Notes: generated by a model not told the origin, from the letters alone. Positions 1 through 8,830 are shown, counted from the first letter of the stretch. The stretch is DNA of 64,000 bases from a bacterium (GCA_030429585.1 JAUIEU010000001.1:427994-491993), one strand, 5' to 3'. Numbers and translations: made by a program.

Positions 1-509
1 TTGCCCAGCAGGAAAAACGCTTGATTGAAGTAAGCAATGAAAAAGGCTGTGGCCTTATTATTGTGGTGAATAAGTGGGACCTTGTGCCAGATAAGGGCCC
101 CAATAGCGCAAAAGAGATGGAAGCCCAAATGCGCGCCAGTGTGCCCCACGCCAGCTTTGCCAAGTTTTTATTTGTAAGTGCTGTTAAAAGCCAGCGGATG
201 AAGGCGATTATCCCTGCTGTGCAAGAGGTAATGACCAATGCCCGTCGTCGTGTCAGCACCTCTGTGGTTAATCAGGTAATGCGCGAGGCCTTATCGTTGA
301 ATCCGCCGCCACCGGTGAAAAACAAAGTGCTGAACATTTTGTATGCCACCCAGGCCCGTGTGGCGCCGCCCACCTTTGTGCTGTTTGTGAATGATCCCAA
401 ATGCGTTCGTCCTGAGTACGAACGCTACTTGGAGCGCAAGTTGCGGGATAACATTGAATTTAGTGGCACCCCCATTCGCCTGCGTTTCCGCGCCCGTAGC
501 CCACGCTAA
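1..509 (+). CDS. der: GTPase Der (EngA), C-terminal part; 5' end lies outside the window
   Basis: The reading frame is open from the window edge (AQQEKRLIEVSNEKGCGLIIVVNKWDL). It has an NKxD G4 motif followed by a KH-like C-terminal domain (LNILYATQARVAPPTFVLFVN...RLRFR). The der-plsY-gpsA neighbourhood fits. Confidence 0.85.
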   Translation, partial: AQQEKRLIEVSNEKGCGLIIVVNKWDLVPDKGPNSAKEMEAQMRASVPHASFAKFLFVSAVKSQRMKAIIPAVQEVMTNARRRVSTSVVNQVMREALSLNPPPPVKNKVLNILYATQARVAPPTFVLFVNDPKCVRPEYERYLERKLRDNIEFSGTPIRLRFRARSPR

Positions 510-592
510 GGCACTGGCTTGATAGCGGTGAGCGCAGCAGTTACACTAGTAGGCCTGGAATAACCCTGTTTACCTTGTTCTAAGGGCCTGTT

Positions 593-1201
593 ATGGAACT
601 TATTACCACACTACCTGCTTACTGGCCTGCCATACTGCTGGTGGGGTATTTGCTGGGGGCTATTCCGCTGGGGTATATTTTGGTAAAAGCCAAAACCGGG
701 CAGGATCTTCGGTCTATTGGTAGTGGCAGCACAGGTACCACCAATGTTAAACGTGCCATTGGGGGCAAAGCCGCCCTGGTGGTGCTGGCCTTTGATATTT
801 TAAAGGCGGTGGTGCCGGTTTGGGTGCTTAAGGCGCTTTACCCTAGTGCTTACTGGCTGCATATTGGTGTGGCGTTGGCGGTGATTATTGGTCACAGCCG
901 CTCTGTGTTTTTAGGCTTTACTGGGGGCAAGTCGGCGGCGTCTAGTTTGGGGTCCATGCTGGCGCTATCGCCTTTGTGTGGCTTGTTTTTAGGTGTAGTG
1001 GCCTTTACATTGTTTCGTCTAACCAAAACCATGAGCATTGCCAGCATTCTGACGGCAGTACTCTCGCCTATTACCTTTTATTTGGCTGGCCAGCCCTTGC
1101 CGTATTGGCTATACGTGCTGATGGCGGCCCTTTATGTTATTGTCCTTCACCGGGCTAATATCGCCCGATTGTTGCAAGGGCAGGATAACCCACTGACATG
1201 A
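593..1201 (+). CDS. plsY: Glycerol-3-phosphate acyltransferase PlsY
   Basis: 202-aa polytopic membrane protein with PlsY motifs GSGSTGTTNVKRAIG and IIGHSRSVFLGFTGGKSAAS. Its stop overlaps the gpsA start (ATGA at 1198-1201). Confidence 0.9.
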   Translation: MELITTLPAYWPAILLVGYLLGAIPLGYILVKAKTGQDLRSIGSGSTGTTNVKRAIGGKAALVVLAFDILKAVVPVWVLKALYPSAYWLHIGVALAVIIGHSRSVFLGFTGGKSAASSLGSMLALSPLCGLFLGVVAFTLFRLTKTMSIASILTAVLSPITFYLAGQPLPYWLYVLMAALYVIVLHRANIARLLQGQDNPLT

Positions 1202-2250
1202 GTCCTACAGAGTCTGCTACAAACACCGCCTTACCAGTGACCGTACTCGGCTCTGGTAGCTGGGGCATTACACTGGCGTGGCTAATTCAGCAAGCTGGCC
1301 ATAATGTTACCCTGTGGGGGCGTAGCGAAGAAAAAATTGCCGCCATGCAGGCAAATCGGGCCATTACCTTCCCCGTTAAGCTAACCCTGCCAGATGACAT
1401 AACCCTAACGAGCGACTTGTTAGCCGCCTTTGCCCAGCCACCGGCCATTGTGTTGTTAGTGGTTACCAGCAGTGGCACCCGAGAGGTGCTAGAGCAATTA
1501 AAGGCCCATAACCTGGTGGGTGCCAACACCATTTTGGTTAATGCCAGCAAGGGGATTGAATACCCCAGCCTGCAAACCTTATCCGCCGTTATCCAAGAGG
1601 TGTACCCGAACCAGCCCAACGCCGTGTTGGCTGGCCCAACCCTTGCCCCAGAAATTGTGGCAGGCTTACCGACGGCAGCGGTGGTTTCTACAGAAGATGA
1701 CGACCTGGCTAAACAATTGCAATTGCAGCTCGCCAGTAAGCGCTTCCGCCTGTACACCAATAGCGATGTCATGGGCACCGAGCTGGGTGGCGCCTTAAAA
1801 AATGTGTTTGCCATTGTAAGCGGCTATATGAAGGGGAAGCAGTTGGGTGATAATGCCTACAGCACCCTAATTACCCGTGGCTTGGCAGAAATGACCCGCT
1901 TTTGCCTGGCCCAAGGCGCCGATGTGCAAACCTTGTACGGCCTAAGTGGCCTGGGGGATTTGCTAGCCACGTGCAATAGCCCGCTTAGCCGTAATTTTCA
2001 GGTGGGTTTTCGGTTGGCCCAAGGCCAAACCTTGCCCCAAATTTTAACCGAATTAAACATGGTGGCAGAAGGCGTTAAAACCACCCGTGCCGTCTTGGAA
2101 ATGGCGCACAAAATGGGCATTGATATGCCGGTGGTGGGCTTGGTGGGCAAAGCCTTTGAAGGTGACTTTAGCGAAGAAGACATGATCCGTACGCTGATGA
2201 GCCGCCGCCTTAAATCCGAGGCAATGGGCGAGCCGGTTGCCAGCGCATAG
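1198..2250 (+). CDS. gpsA: NAD(P)H-dependent glycerol-3-phosphate dehydrogenase
   Basis: N-terminal Rossmann motif VLGSGSWG, plus NASKGIE and GGALKNVFAI motifs. 350 aa, translationally coupled to plsY. Confidence 0.92.
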   Translation: MSPTESATNTALPVTVLGSGSWGITLAWLIQQAGHNVTLWGRSEEKIAAMQANRAITFPVKLTLPDDITLTSDLLAAFAQPPAIVLLVVTSSGTREVLEQLKAHNLVGANTILVNASKGIEYPSLQTLSAVIQEVYPNQPNAVLAGPTLAPEIVAGLPTAAVVSTEDDDLAKQLQLQLASKRFRLYTNSDVMGTELGGALKNVFAIVSGYMKGKQLGDNAYSTLITRGLAEMTRFCLAQGADVQTLYGLSGLGDLLATCNSPLSRNFQVGFRLAQGQTLPQILTELNMVAEGVKTTRAVLEMAHKMGIDMPVVGLVGKAFEGDFSEEDMIRTLMSRRLKSEAMGEPVASA

Positions 2251-2260
2251 GTGAATGAGT

Positions 2261-2285
2261 GCCCCATGTTGTGGGGCGTGTTTTT
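2261..2285 (+). terminator. Candidate intrinsic terminator after gpsA
   Basis: Stem GCCCCA (2261-2266) pairs with TGGGGC (2272-2277) around a 5-nt loop, followed by GTG and T5 (2281-2285). Confidence 0.5.
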
Positions 2286-2348
2286 AAATAACCAAAACGG
2301 CCTGAGAGAATTCTCAGACCGCTGGTTTACTGTTGAGCTGGTAAAAGC

Positions 2349-3305
2349 TTACCAGTTGTCGTTATTTTTAATGTCGTCGTTGATTACGGTGAATTCGTCA
2401 GCGATTTCGGTATCCACGCCATCAGGAACATCATCTGCGTCGATATCCACGATAGGTGAGCTGGTGTTGTCGTAGTCGTCATCCATATCGTCATCATCGT
2501 AGATGTCGTCATTAATATCGTCGTTGATATCATCATAAATGATGTCGTCGCCGTTACCGTCGCCTAGGCCGCCAAGACCGAGTTGGTCTAGTAATTGCAT
2601 GATTAGGTCTAGGGGTAGGCCGCCACCGATGGGGGGGTATCCGCCACCACCATAGGGGTCGCCACCGCCGTTATATGGGTCGCCATAAGGGTCGCCACCG
2701 CCGATTGGGGGGTATCCGATATCGATGGGAGGGTATCCACCACCACTATAGGGGTCGCCGTAAGGGTTGCCACCGCCGATGGGAGGGTATCCGCCGCCGC
2801 CATCATAAATAGGGGGGTTATGGTAGCCACCGCCGATGGGAGGGTATCCGCCACCTGATGGAGGTTGTGGCTGCGGGTATGGTGCAGGCTGGGGTTGAGG
2901 GTAACCGCCGCCCATAGGAGGTTGAGGGTAACCGCCGCCCATAGGAGGTTGAGGGTAACCGCCGCCCATAGGAGGTTGAGGGTAACCGCCGCCCATAGGA
3001 GGTTGAGGGTAACCGCCGCCCATAGGGGGTTGAGGGTAACCGCCGCCCATAGGAGGTTGAGGGTAACCGCCGCCCATAGGAGCTTGTTGGGGTATGCCCA
3101 TTCCTAGTTGCCCTAATAAGGAACCAAGTGCTCCGAGCATTTGTTGCATCATAAACACAATGCTGGTTAGTTGCTGTGTTGCAGGGTTACCACCATAGGA
3201 TTGTTGAGGCGCTTGAATTGGCGCTTGAGATAAGTACGATTGTGGCGCCATCATAGGGGCAGCCGACATAGCGTATGGTTGTGGTTGATACGATGGGAGC
3301 ATCAT
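2349..3305 (-). CDS. Low-complexity Pro/Gly/Tyr repeat protein with Q/P/M-rich N-terminus and poly-Asp C-terminus (hypothetical)
   Basis: 318-codon ORF with a purine-rich SD-like tract (GAGAGAAGAGAGAA) upstream of ATGATG. It contains 7x PMGGGYPQP, then degenerate GGGYPPIGGG(D/N)PYGDPY units, then DDIIYDDINDDINDDIYDDDDMDDDYD. Confidence 0.6.
   Translation of the reverse strand: MMLPSYQPQPYAMSAAPMMAPQSYLSQAPIQAPQQSYGGNPATQQLTSIVFMMQQMLGALGSLLGQLGMGIPQQAPMGGGYPQPPMGGGYPQPPMGGGYPQPPMGGGYPQPPMGGGYPQPPMGGGYPQPPMGGGYPQPQPAPYPQPQPPSGGGYPPIGGGYHNPPIYDGGGGYPPIGGGNPYGDPYSGGGYPPIDIGYPPIGGGDPYGDPYNGGGDPYGGGGYPPIGGGLPLDLIMQLLDQLGLGGLGDGNGDDIIYDDINDDINDDIYDDDDMDDDYDNTSSPIVDIDADDVPDGVDTEIADEFTVINDDIKNNDNW
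2893..3081. repeat. 27-bp tandem repeat, 7 copies, one mismatch
   Basis: The unit ggttgagggtaaccgccgcccatagga repeats head-to-tail from 2893 to 3081. The only difference seen is a->g at 3027. It encodes the PMGGGYPQP units of the minus-strand gene. Confidence 0.95.
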
Positions 3306-3571
3306 AGTGTTATTCTCTCTTCTCTCTGTGCAATTAATAAAATTAAATTCTCTTAAATAAATAAAAACAAGTATATAGGACTTATTGCGATTCCTGTTAC
3401 GTTCTGTAATAAATCTAGTTTAAGAATGTTGGAATTTTTAACAAATATCACTGTATAAAAGGGTTTTAGCGATTATTAGACGTCTTAAGGTTTTCTTTAT
3501 ATTTATATACGATGTAGTGCTTTTCTATGAATCGGGTGACAATTTATCATATTTATGGTTTTTTACAGGGT

Positions 3572-3697
3572 ATGAACAACATGTTATTACCTTCCCCAAT
3601 GGGTTTAGTGGCCCCCGCCACCCCTACCCGACGCCGACGCCGCCCGCGCCGATTGGCGTTATTGTTGGGTTGCGCACCACCACGATACTGCGCATAA
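3572..3697 (+). CDS. Candidate 41-codon leader mini-ORF with an Arg-codon run (MNNMLLPSPMGLVAPATPTRRRRRPRRLALLLGCAPPRYCA)
   Basis: ATG at 3572 is preceded by CAGGGT. Seven Arg codons fall in eight positions (CGA CGC CGA CGC CGC CCG CGC CGA, 3629-3652), and the stop is TAA at 3695-3697. It overlaps the track ORF 3517-3708 in another frame, so which reading is used, if either, is unresolved. Confidence 0.25.
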   Translation: MNNMLLPSPMGLVAPATPTRRRRRPRRLALLLGCAPPRYCA

Positions 3698-3727
3698 ACG
3701 GTATGTAACAACCGATTCGGTTTTCTT

Positions 3728-3765
3728 CCCCCTTCAGTGACACCATTTCACACTGAGGGGGTTTT
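3728..3765 (+). terminator. Intrinsic terminator downstream of the small GC-rich block
   Basis: CCCCCTTCAGTG (3728-3739) pairs with CACTGAGGGGG (3751-3761): 11 bp with one bulged T and an 11-nt loop. TTTT follows (3762-3765). Confidence 0.65.
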
Positions 3766-3839
3766 AGCTATATAACCGCTTTTTCCCGCCTCAGACACCC
3801 TGTATCCCTGCCACTTAATCATAATTAATACATTAACTC

Positions 3840-5633
3840 ATGGTTCCCTCCGCCCTTATTAACTTTTTTGCCAAGCCTGGTGTTGTTAATACGTTCACTA
3901 AACTGAACGACGACAGCACGATGCTGAACGTGGTGGTGCGGGATGCGGGGATGGATGTGCCTGGGCGGCTGTATTATGCCAGCAAGCGGGATGGGCTGTT
4001 TAACGAGGAGTTTATAGAGCAATTTATAGACCAGGTTGGCGCCATGCTGATTTGGGGCTTTGGTGTGGATGCCATGCGGCGGATGATTAACCACGGCGCG
4101 GTTAATTTGGATAAAGCCCCACAGTGGGTGCAGGGGATGGCGAAAAGTATTAATGGGGTCAAAATTAAAAACTTATCCTTAGAGTTGTTTAATGATGCGG
4201 ATAAAGCGCCTAAGGCCCAGGCGCCCCAAACTCTAACAGCGGCCAAGGTAAAGCGGTACCAGGCATTGCAGCAGGAGCATTTGCAGGCGTTACAGGCAAA
4301 GGGCAATACGGGCGCGGCTAAAGCTTTAAAAGAAACGGTGGCCAAACAATCTGCCCATATTATGGACTTTTTTGATGGCAAAACAGGTGGTTTGCTTAAA
4401 AAAAGCGGCAGTTTGTTAGGCAAATACAAAGCGAAAGAAGTGGTTAAAGTGCTGGGGGCTAGTTTCTTTCCGGCAGCGGCGATTGGTATTGGGTTGCCCC
4501 TTATTTTTCAATCCATTACTCGGGGGCGGATACAGCGGCAAAAGCGGGAACGACATGTAAATACCCTAAATCACCTAAACAAAGGCCTGCTCCATACCAA
4601 TGACAATGCGGCCTTGGCCACGTTGTTGGGCGATAAAGCACCGGAAACCAGCCAAAATGCTGCCACCACAGAGCCACCCCCAGGTGGGGTGCCGCAGTTT
4701 GGGGCCAACATTGTGGGCACGATTATGAAGAAAGCCCAGGATAGCCTGATTGGGAATACCTTAATTGTAGATGGCACCATTAGTGGTGGCCGGGTGTTAA
4801 TGGCGCGGAATTTTTATGACCGGTTAGAAAATCTGATTCAGGAATCGGCGACCATCTTCTTCTTATTCTTTGCCATGGCGCCTATTAAACGGTTCTTCTA
4901 CAACCTGTTTGATAATGGGACGGGTACCTTTAGTAAGATGGATTTGAAATCCATTAATAATGTGTGGCAGCAATCGGAAAAATCGCCCACGGCGTTGCTA
5001 GAAAAACTAACCGCCTTTAACAACAGCTATGTGGCGGATAAAGGTATCCAACTCAATACCAAAGGGCTTAGCAAGGCACAAAAATCCGCGGCTAAGGCTG
5101 CCTTTGAAAAGGCATTGTTTGCAGAAAAAGGGCTAGAGGACTACTTACTGAAGGGCAAAAAAGGCAACTTGCTGTTTGATTTGGCCAAGGATAATGGGTT
5201 AATTGCTACCCATACAGCGGGCAAAGGCAGCAGCAAAGCCGCTATTTGGGATTGGACCAGCAAGGTGGATACAGATGGTATGTATAAGTTGGCTCAAAAC
5301 TTAGAGCGAGCCACCGAGAAACTCTCTAAAAAGTTGCCTAACTGGCATAACTTTGGCAGCACAGCGGCGGGTACCCCCCGGTTAAGCAGTGGGCAAAAAA
5401 AGGCACTAAGCGCGCTGTTTAAAAAATCCATTGCCGCTAATGGCGTTACCTGGATGCTGGCGGCAGGGGTGTGCGGGGCTTGCCAAGGGTGGATTGTGCC
5501 CCGGTTTAAGCAATGGGTTACCTATAAGCTAACCGGCCGGTATAAATTCCCTGGCGAGTATAACGATGGGAAGCGGCAGCATTTGTTTAGCAAAAAAAAT
5601 GCCGATGAGCTGGCAGCCCAACTGTTTGCCTAG
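3840..5633 (+). CDS. Hypothetical membrane protein (597 aa), Lys-rich; distant paralog of 57976-59967
   Basis: Long ORF with hydrophobic segments (VLGASFFPAAAIGIGLPLIF, ATIFFLFFAMAPI, GVTWMLAAGVCGACQGWIV). No family was recognised. No clear SD, so the start is uncertain. Confidence 0.6.
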   Translation: MVPSALINFFAKPGVVNTFTKLNDDSTMLNVVVRDAGMDVPGRLYYASKRDGLFNEEFIEQFIDQVGAMLIWGFGVDAMRRMINHGAVNLDKAPQWVQGMAKSINGVKIKNLSLELFNDADKAPKAQAPQTLTAAKVKRYQALQQEHLQALQAKGNTGAAKALKETVAKQSAHIMDFFDGKTGGLLKKSGSLLGKYKAKEVVKVLGASFFPAAAIGIGLPLIFQSITRGRIQRQKRERHVNTLNHLNKGLLHTNDNAALATLLGDKAPETSQNAATTEPPPGGVPQFGANIVGTIMKKAQDSLIGNTLIVDGTISGGRVLMARNFYDRLENLIQESATIFFLFFAMAPIKRFFYNLFDNGTGTFSKMDLKSINNVWQQSEKSPTALLEKLTAFNNSYVADKGIQLNTKGLSKAQKSAAKAAFEKALFAEKGLEDYLLKGKKGNLLFDLAKDNGLIATHTAGKGSSKAAIWDWTSKVDTDGMYKLAQNLERATEKLSKKLPNWHNFGSTAAGTPRLSSGQKKALSALFKKSIAANGVTWMLAAGVCGACQGWIVPRFKQWVTYKLTGRYKFPGEYNDGKRQHLFSKKNADELAAQLFA

Positions 5634-5905
5634 TGCCAATACGGGGTGTATGGCAAGGTTGTTTAGCGGGGCTGGTTAGCACAGGGCGCCTAAATAAAGG
5701 ATAGTTTCTACCTTATATAATGCAGATGGTGGGGATCGAGCTGTTAAATCGCTAAAAATACCGTATACTAGTGGGTAATACGTGTGCCATTGGATAGGGT
5801 GCGAGCATACCGGGCTGGTTATTGGGCTGGCCGCGTGGTGGCTGCGGCGTTACCGATTTGATTGGCCCACGGTGGTTTGCAAGATAGAAGGTTCTTCTCA
5901 GCCTT

Positions 5906-8830
5906 ATGGCACCTTCCCGTCCATCGGCTAAAAAAACCAAAAAAACGGCGCCACGCACGGCACGGGCACCGGTGGTTGCCATGCCTTCGCCAACGGTGAC
6001 CATAGAGCAAGCCTTGGCTGAGCTGCCCCAATGCGTTAAAGATTGGTTGGGCCCTGCGCCAGCTTTGGGCGAAACCCTGTATTGGAGCGGCATGTACTTG
6101 GGCACCATTAAGCAGTTTGCCCGCGCCCAACAATTTATGGAATCTGCTGTAGAAGCCTGCCGGGCAGGGGATGACGCCATCGGTGAAACCATGGCGGCCA
6201 TTGAATTGGCCTGGCAAGAATACAACGAAACTGCCTTTGGGCCCGCAGCAGACGATGATGCCGCGTTAGCAAACCGCTACCACACCTTATTTGCCGATGA
6301 AGCAGCCCTGATTGAACAATTGCCGGAAGGAAGCGACATTGGCGAAGCGCAAGCCCGTTTGGCCCATTATCGCGGCTTGGCGGCTTACCGCAAGGGCGAT
6401 TACGCCCTAGGGGTACAGCAATTTAAGAAGGGCTTGGCGGCCAGCCTCAATGGTGGGCTAGAAGAAGCCCGCTTGCGGGACTCTTTAGCGGTGCATTACG
6501 AGCGGATGGGTGATTTTCACTTGGCTCAGCAGCATTTGCGGCGCTCGCTACAAATTAAAAAACGGCGTGGCCTGCTGTGGGAAGAAGCCATTACCAGCCA
6601 AATTTTAGGTCGGTTGTTCCTTATCCAAGAGAATTATCGTCAATCTCGCCACTATACCGAGCGCTCCTTGGCCCTCTCCTTAATGCTGGAAGATCGTCGC
6701 CGGGTAGAAAGCTTGTACAACACGCTAATTAAACTGGCGGTGTATACCAAAAAATTACCGCGGGCCACCCAGTTGATTTCGGATGTGGATCGCTTCCATG
6801 CCCACTTGGTAGAGGGGGGCGATATTGTTGCCTTTACCTCCATGTGTGTTACTAAGGACAAGAAAAAGGGCCGTCAGCGCTCCATTCAGCCTTCGTCAGA
6901 GGCGTGTGGCCGAATGATGCTTCAATCGAAAGAGTACGGGGTTACCCAGTTTTATCGCGCGCGGGTGTGGGTGCTAGAAGACAACATGGCGGATGCCGAA
7001 ACCTTGTTGCAGGAATCGATTATCCCCGCCTTTAAAAAACACCGTGCCCGTAAGGATTTAGCCAAGGCTTACCGCTTACTGGCCTGTATTTATGCCACCC
7101 AAGGCAACTACCAACAAACGGTAGAAACCATGGGCCAAGCCCTGGCCTTGTTTAGAGAGCTTAACCTGGTAGATGAGCAGGCCAAAACCCATTACGAATT
7201 GGGCCAGGCCTTTGCCGAACTGGGCGAGCAGCCCTTGGCCATGGAAAGCCTGATGGAAGCCTTGCGGATTGCTGAGCAAAACGGCTTGCGGTTTATGATC
7301 CACCATATTCAGGAAGATATCCACGAGTTGGATGCCAGCCGCTGGGAAGAAATTGTAAACCAGCGGGTGCGCCACCAGCCGGTGTTTGAGCGCGAGCGCA
7401 CCTTGCTGGATGCCTTAACCCACCTCTCCAAACAGCGAGAATTGCCTAAACAGGCTGTTGAGGAAGATGATAATGATGCCGTATCGATGGCGTCGGCATT
7501 GGCGGAATCGCCCAATGCGCAAACCCGTTCGCTGATTTCTTTATTACGAGTAGGCCAGGCCATTAGCGGCGAGCCTAACGTGGATAAACTGTTGGATGTG
7601 GTAACGGAAGAAACCAAGCAAGCCCTAAGTTGCGACCGCTGTACCGTGTTTTTGTATGATGAGGGCGCCAATGAACTATGGAGCCGTGTGGCCACAGGGG
7701 TGAGTGAGGGGACAGGCGATACCAACGGCGGCGAGCACCAAGAAATTCGGTTTCCGGCGCATTTGGGGCTGGCAGGCTATGTGTGCAAAACCGGTGAAGT
7801 CCTTAATATTAAAAACCCGTATGATGACCCCCGCTTTAACCGGGATGTGGATAAAAAAACCGGCTATGTTACGGAAAATTTGCTGTGCATGCCCATGAAA
7901 AACCGCGATGGCCATACCATTGGGGTATTCCAAGTACTCAACAAGGCTGGCGGGCCCTTTATTCGGGCGGATGAAGACTTGCTGATGGCGATTGCGTCCC
8001 AGGCCAGTGTATCGTTAGAAAATGCCCAGCGCGCCAAAGACCAAAAAGCCGCCTTTGTTAGCTTTATTAAAACCCTATCCAGCGCTATTGATAAACGAGA
8101 CCCGATTACGGCGGGCCATAGCGAGCGGGTGGCCCATTACTCCGGTATTATTGGCGAAGAATTAAAACTGCCTAAGGATGAAGCGGAAGCCCTGGATGTG
8201 GCTGCCTTGTTGCATGATATTGGCAAAATTGGGGTGCGAGAGGCGGTACTAACCAAAGAAGGCCGCTTAACGCTGGAAGAATATCGCCATATCCAAGAGC
8301 ATGCCGAATTTACCTACGATATTTTGAAGAACATCCATTTTGAACGCCACTTACGCAATGTGCCCGAAATTGCCGCCAGCCACCACGAGCGGATGGATGG
8401 TACCGGATATTTCCGTGGGTTGGAGGGCGAAAATATCCCCTTTTTAGGGCGGGTGTTGGCCTTAAGCGATGTGTTTGATGCCATTACCAGCCGCCGCCAC
8501 TACCGAGACCGCATGCCCTTTGACCGAGTGCTGAAGATTTTACGCCGTGATGAAGGCAGCCATTTTGACCCGACTGTGGTGGATGCTTTTTTCAACATCC
8601 CTCTGCATAAGCTGGCGCGCTTGTTGCTGATGGAGCAACGCGAAGACGGGCAGGTAAATACCCGTGTGGAAGATTTAATGATTGACCAGGTAAGCAAATC
8701 CTTAAACGTTACCATTAACGAGTATTACCACCTGCTGGAAAAGCCAGAGCTGAGCCAGGGCGAAAGCATTATCCACACCAACTTTAGCACCATTTACCTG
8801 CGCGGCAACCTGGATTTACAGCTGGATTAA
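5906..8830 (+). CDS. TPR-like / GAF / HD-GYP domain protein (putative c-di-GMP phosphodiesterase)
   Basis: The C-terminal HD-GYP core has HSERVAHYS, LLHDIGKIGV, HHERMDGTGYFRGL and LSDVFDAITSRRHYR. A GAF-like segment precedes it (CDRCTVFLYDE...GLAGYVCKTGEVLNIKNPYDDPRF). The N-terminal ~500 aa is helical-repeat and TPR-like. Confidence 0.85.
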   Translation: MAPSRPSAKKTKKTAPRTARAPVVAMPSPTVTIEQALAELPQCVKDWLGPAPALGETLYWSGMYLGTIKQFARAQQFMESAVEACRAGDDAIGETMAAIELAWQEYNETAFGPAADDDAALANRYHTLFADEAALIEQLPEGSDIGEAQARLAHYRGLAAYRKGDYALGVQQFKKGLAASLNGGLEEARLRDSLAVHYERMGDFHLAQQHLRRSLQIKKRRGLLWEEAITSQILGRLFLIQENYRQSRHYTERSLALSLMLEDRRRVESLYNTLIKLAVYTKKLPRATQLISDVDRFHAHLVEGGDIVAFTSMCVTKDKKKGRQRSIQPSSEACGRMMLQSKEYGVTQFYRARVWVLEDNMADAETLLQESIIPAFKKHRARKDLAKAYRLLACIYATQGNYQQTVETMGQALALFRELNLVDEQAKTHYELGQAFAELGEQPLAMESLMEALRIAEQNGLRFMIHHIQEDIHELDASRWEEIVNQRVRHQPVFERERTLLDALTHLSKQRELPKQAVEEDDNDAVSMASALAESPNAQTRSLISLLRVGQAISGEPNVDKLLDVVTEETKQALSCDRCTVFLYDEGANELWSRVATGVSEGTGDTNGGEHQEIRFPAHLGLAGYVCKTGEVLNIKNPYDDPRFNRDVDKKTGYVTENLLCMPMKNRDGHTIGVFQVLNKAGGPFIRADEDLLMAIASQASVSLENAQRAKDQKAAFVSFIKTLSSAIDKRDPITAGHSERVAHYSGIIGEELKLPKDEAEALDVAALLHDIGKIGVREAVLTKEGRLTLEEYRHIQEHAEFTYDILKNIHFERHLRNVPEIAASHHERMDGTGYFRGLEGENIPFLGRVLALSDVFDAITSRRHYRDRMPFDRVLKILRRDEGSHFDPTVVDAFFNIPLHKLARLLLMEQREDGQVNTRVEDLMIDQVSKSLNVTINEYYHLLEKPELSQGESIIHTNFSTIYLRGNLDLQLD

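Noticed and set aside
2609-3107. ORFs 2609-2854 (minus strand, other frame) and 2865-3107 (plus strand; LRVTAAHRR repeats)
   Set aside because: They are artefacts of the 27-bp and related repeats, which keep alternative frames open. The PGY frame spans the whole region and has a plausible start.
3560-3765. Attempt to assign the GC-rich leader block to a known riboswitch class (c-di-GMP, TPP, glycine, preQ1)
   Set aside because: None of the conserved core sequences I remember for these classes is present. It is kept only as an unclassified leader or mini-ORF candidate.
5752-6225. Minus-strand ORFs (157 and 132 aa) overlapping the 5' end of the HD-GYP gene
   Set aside because: They are antisense to the start of a long, homology-supported ORF, with Arg/Ala/Gly-rich shadow composition and no independent support.
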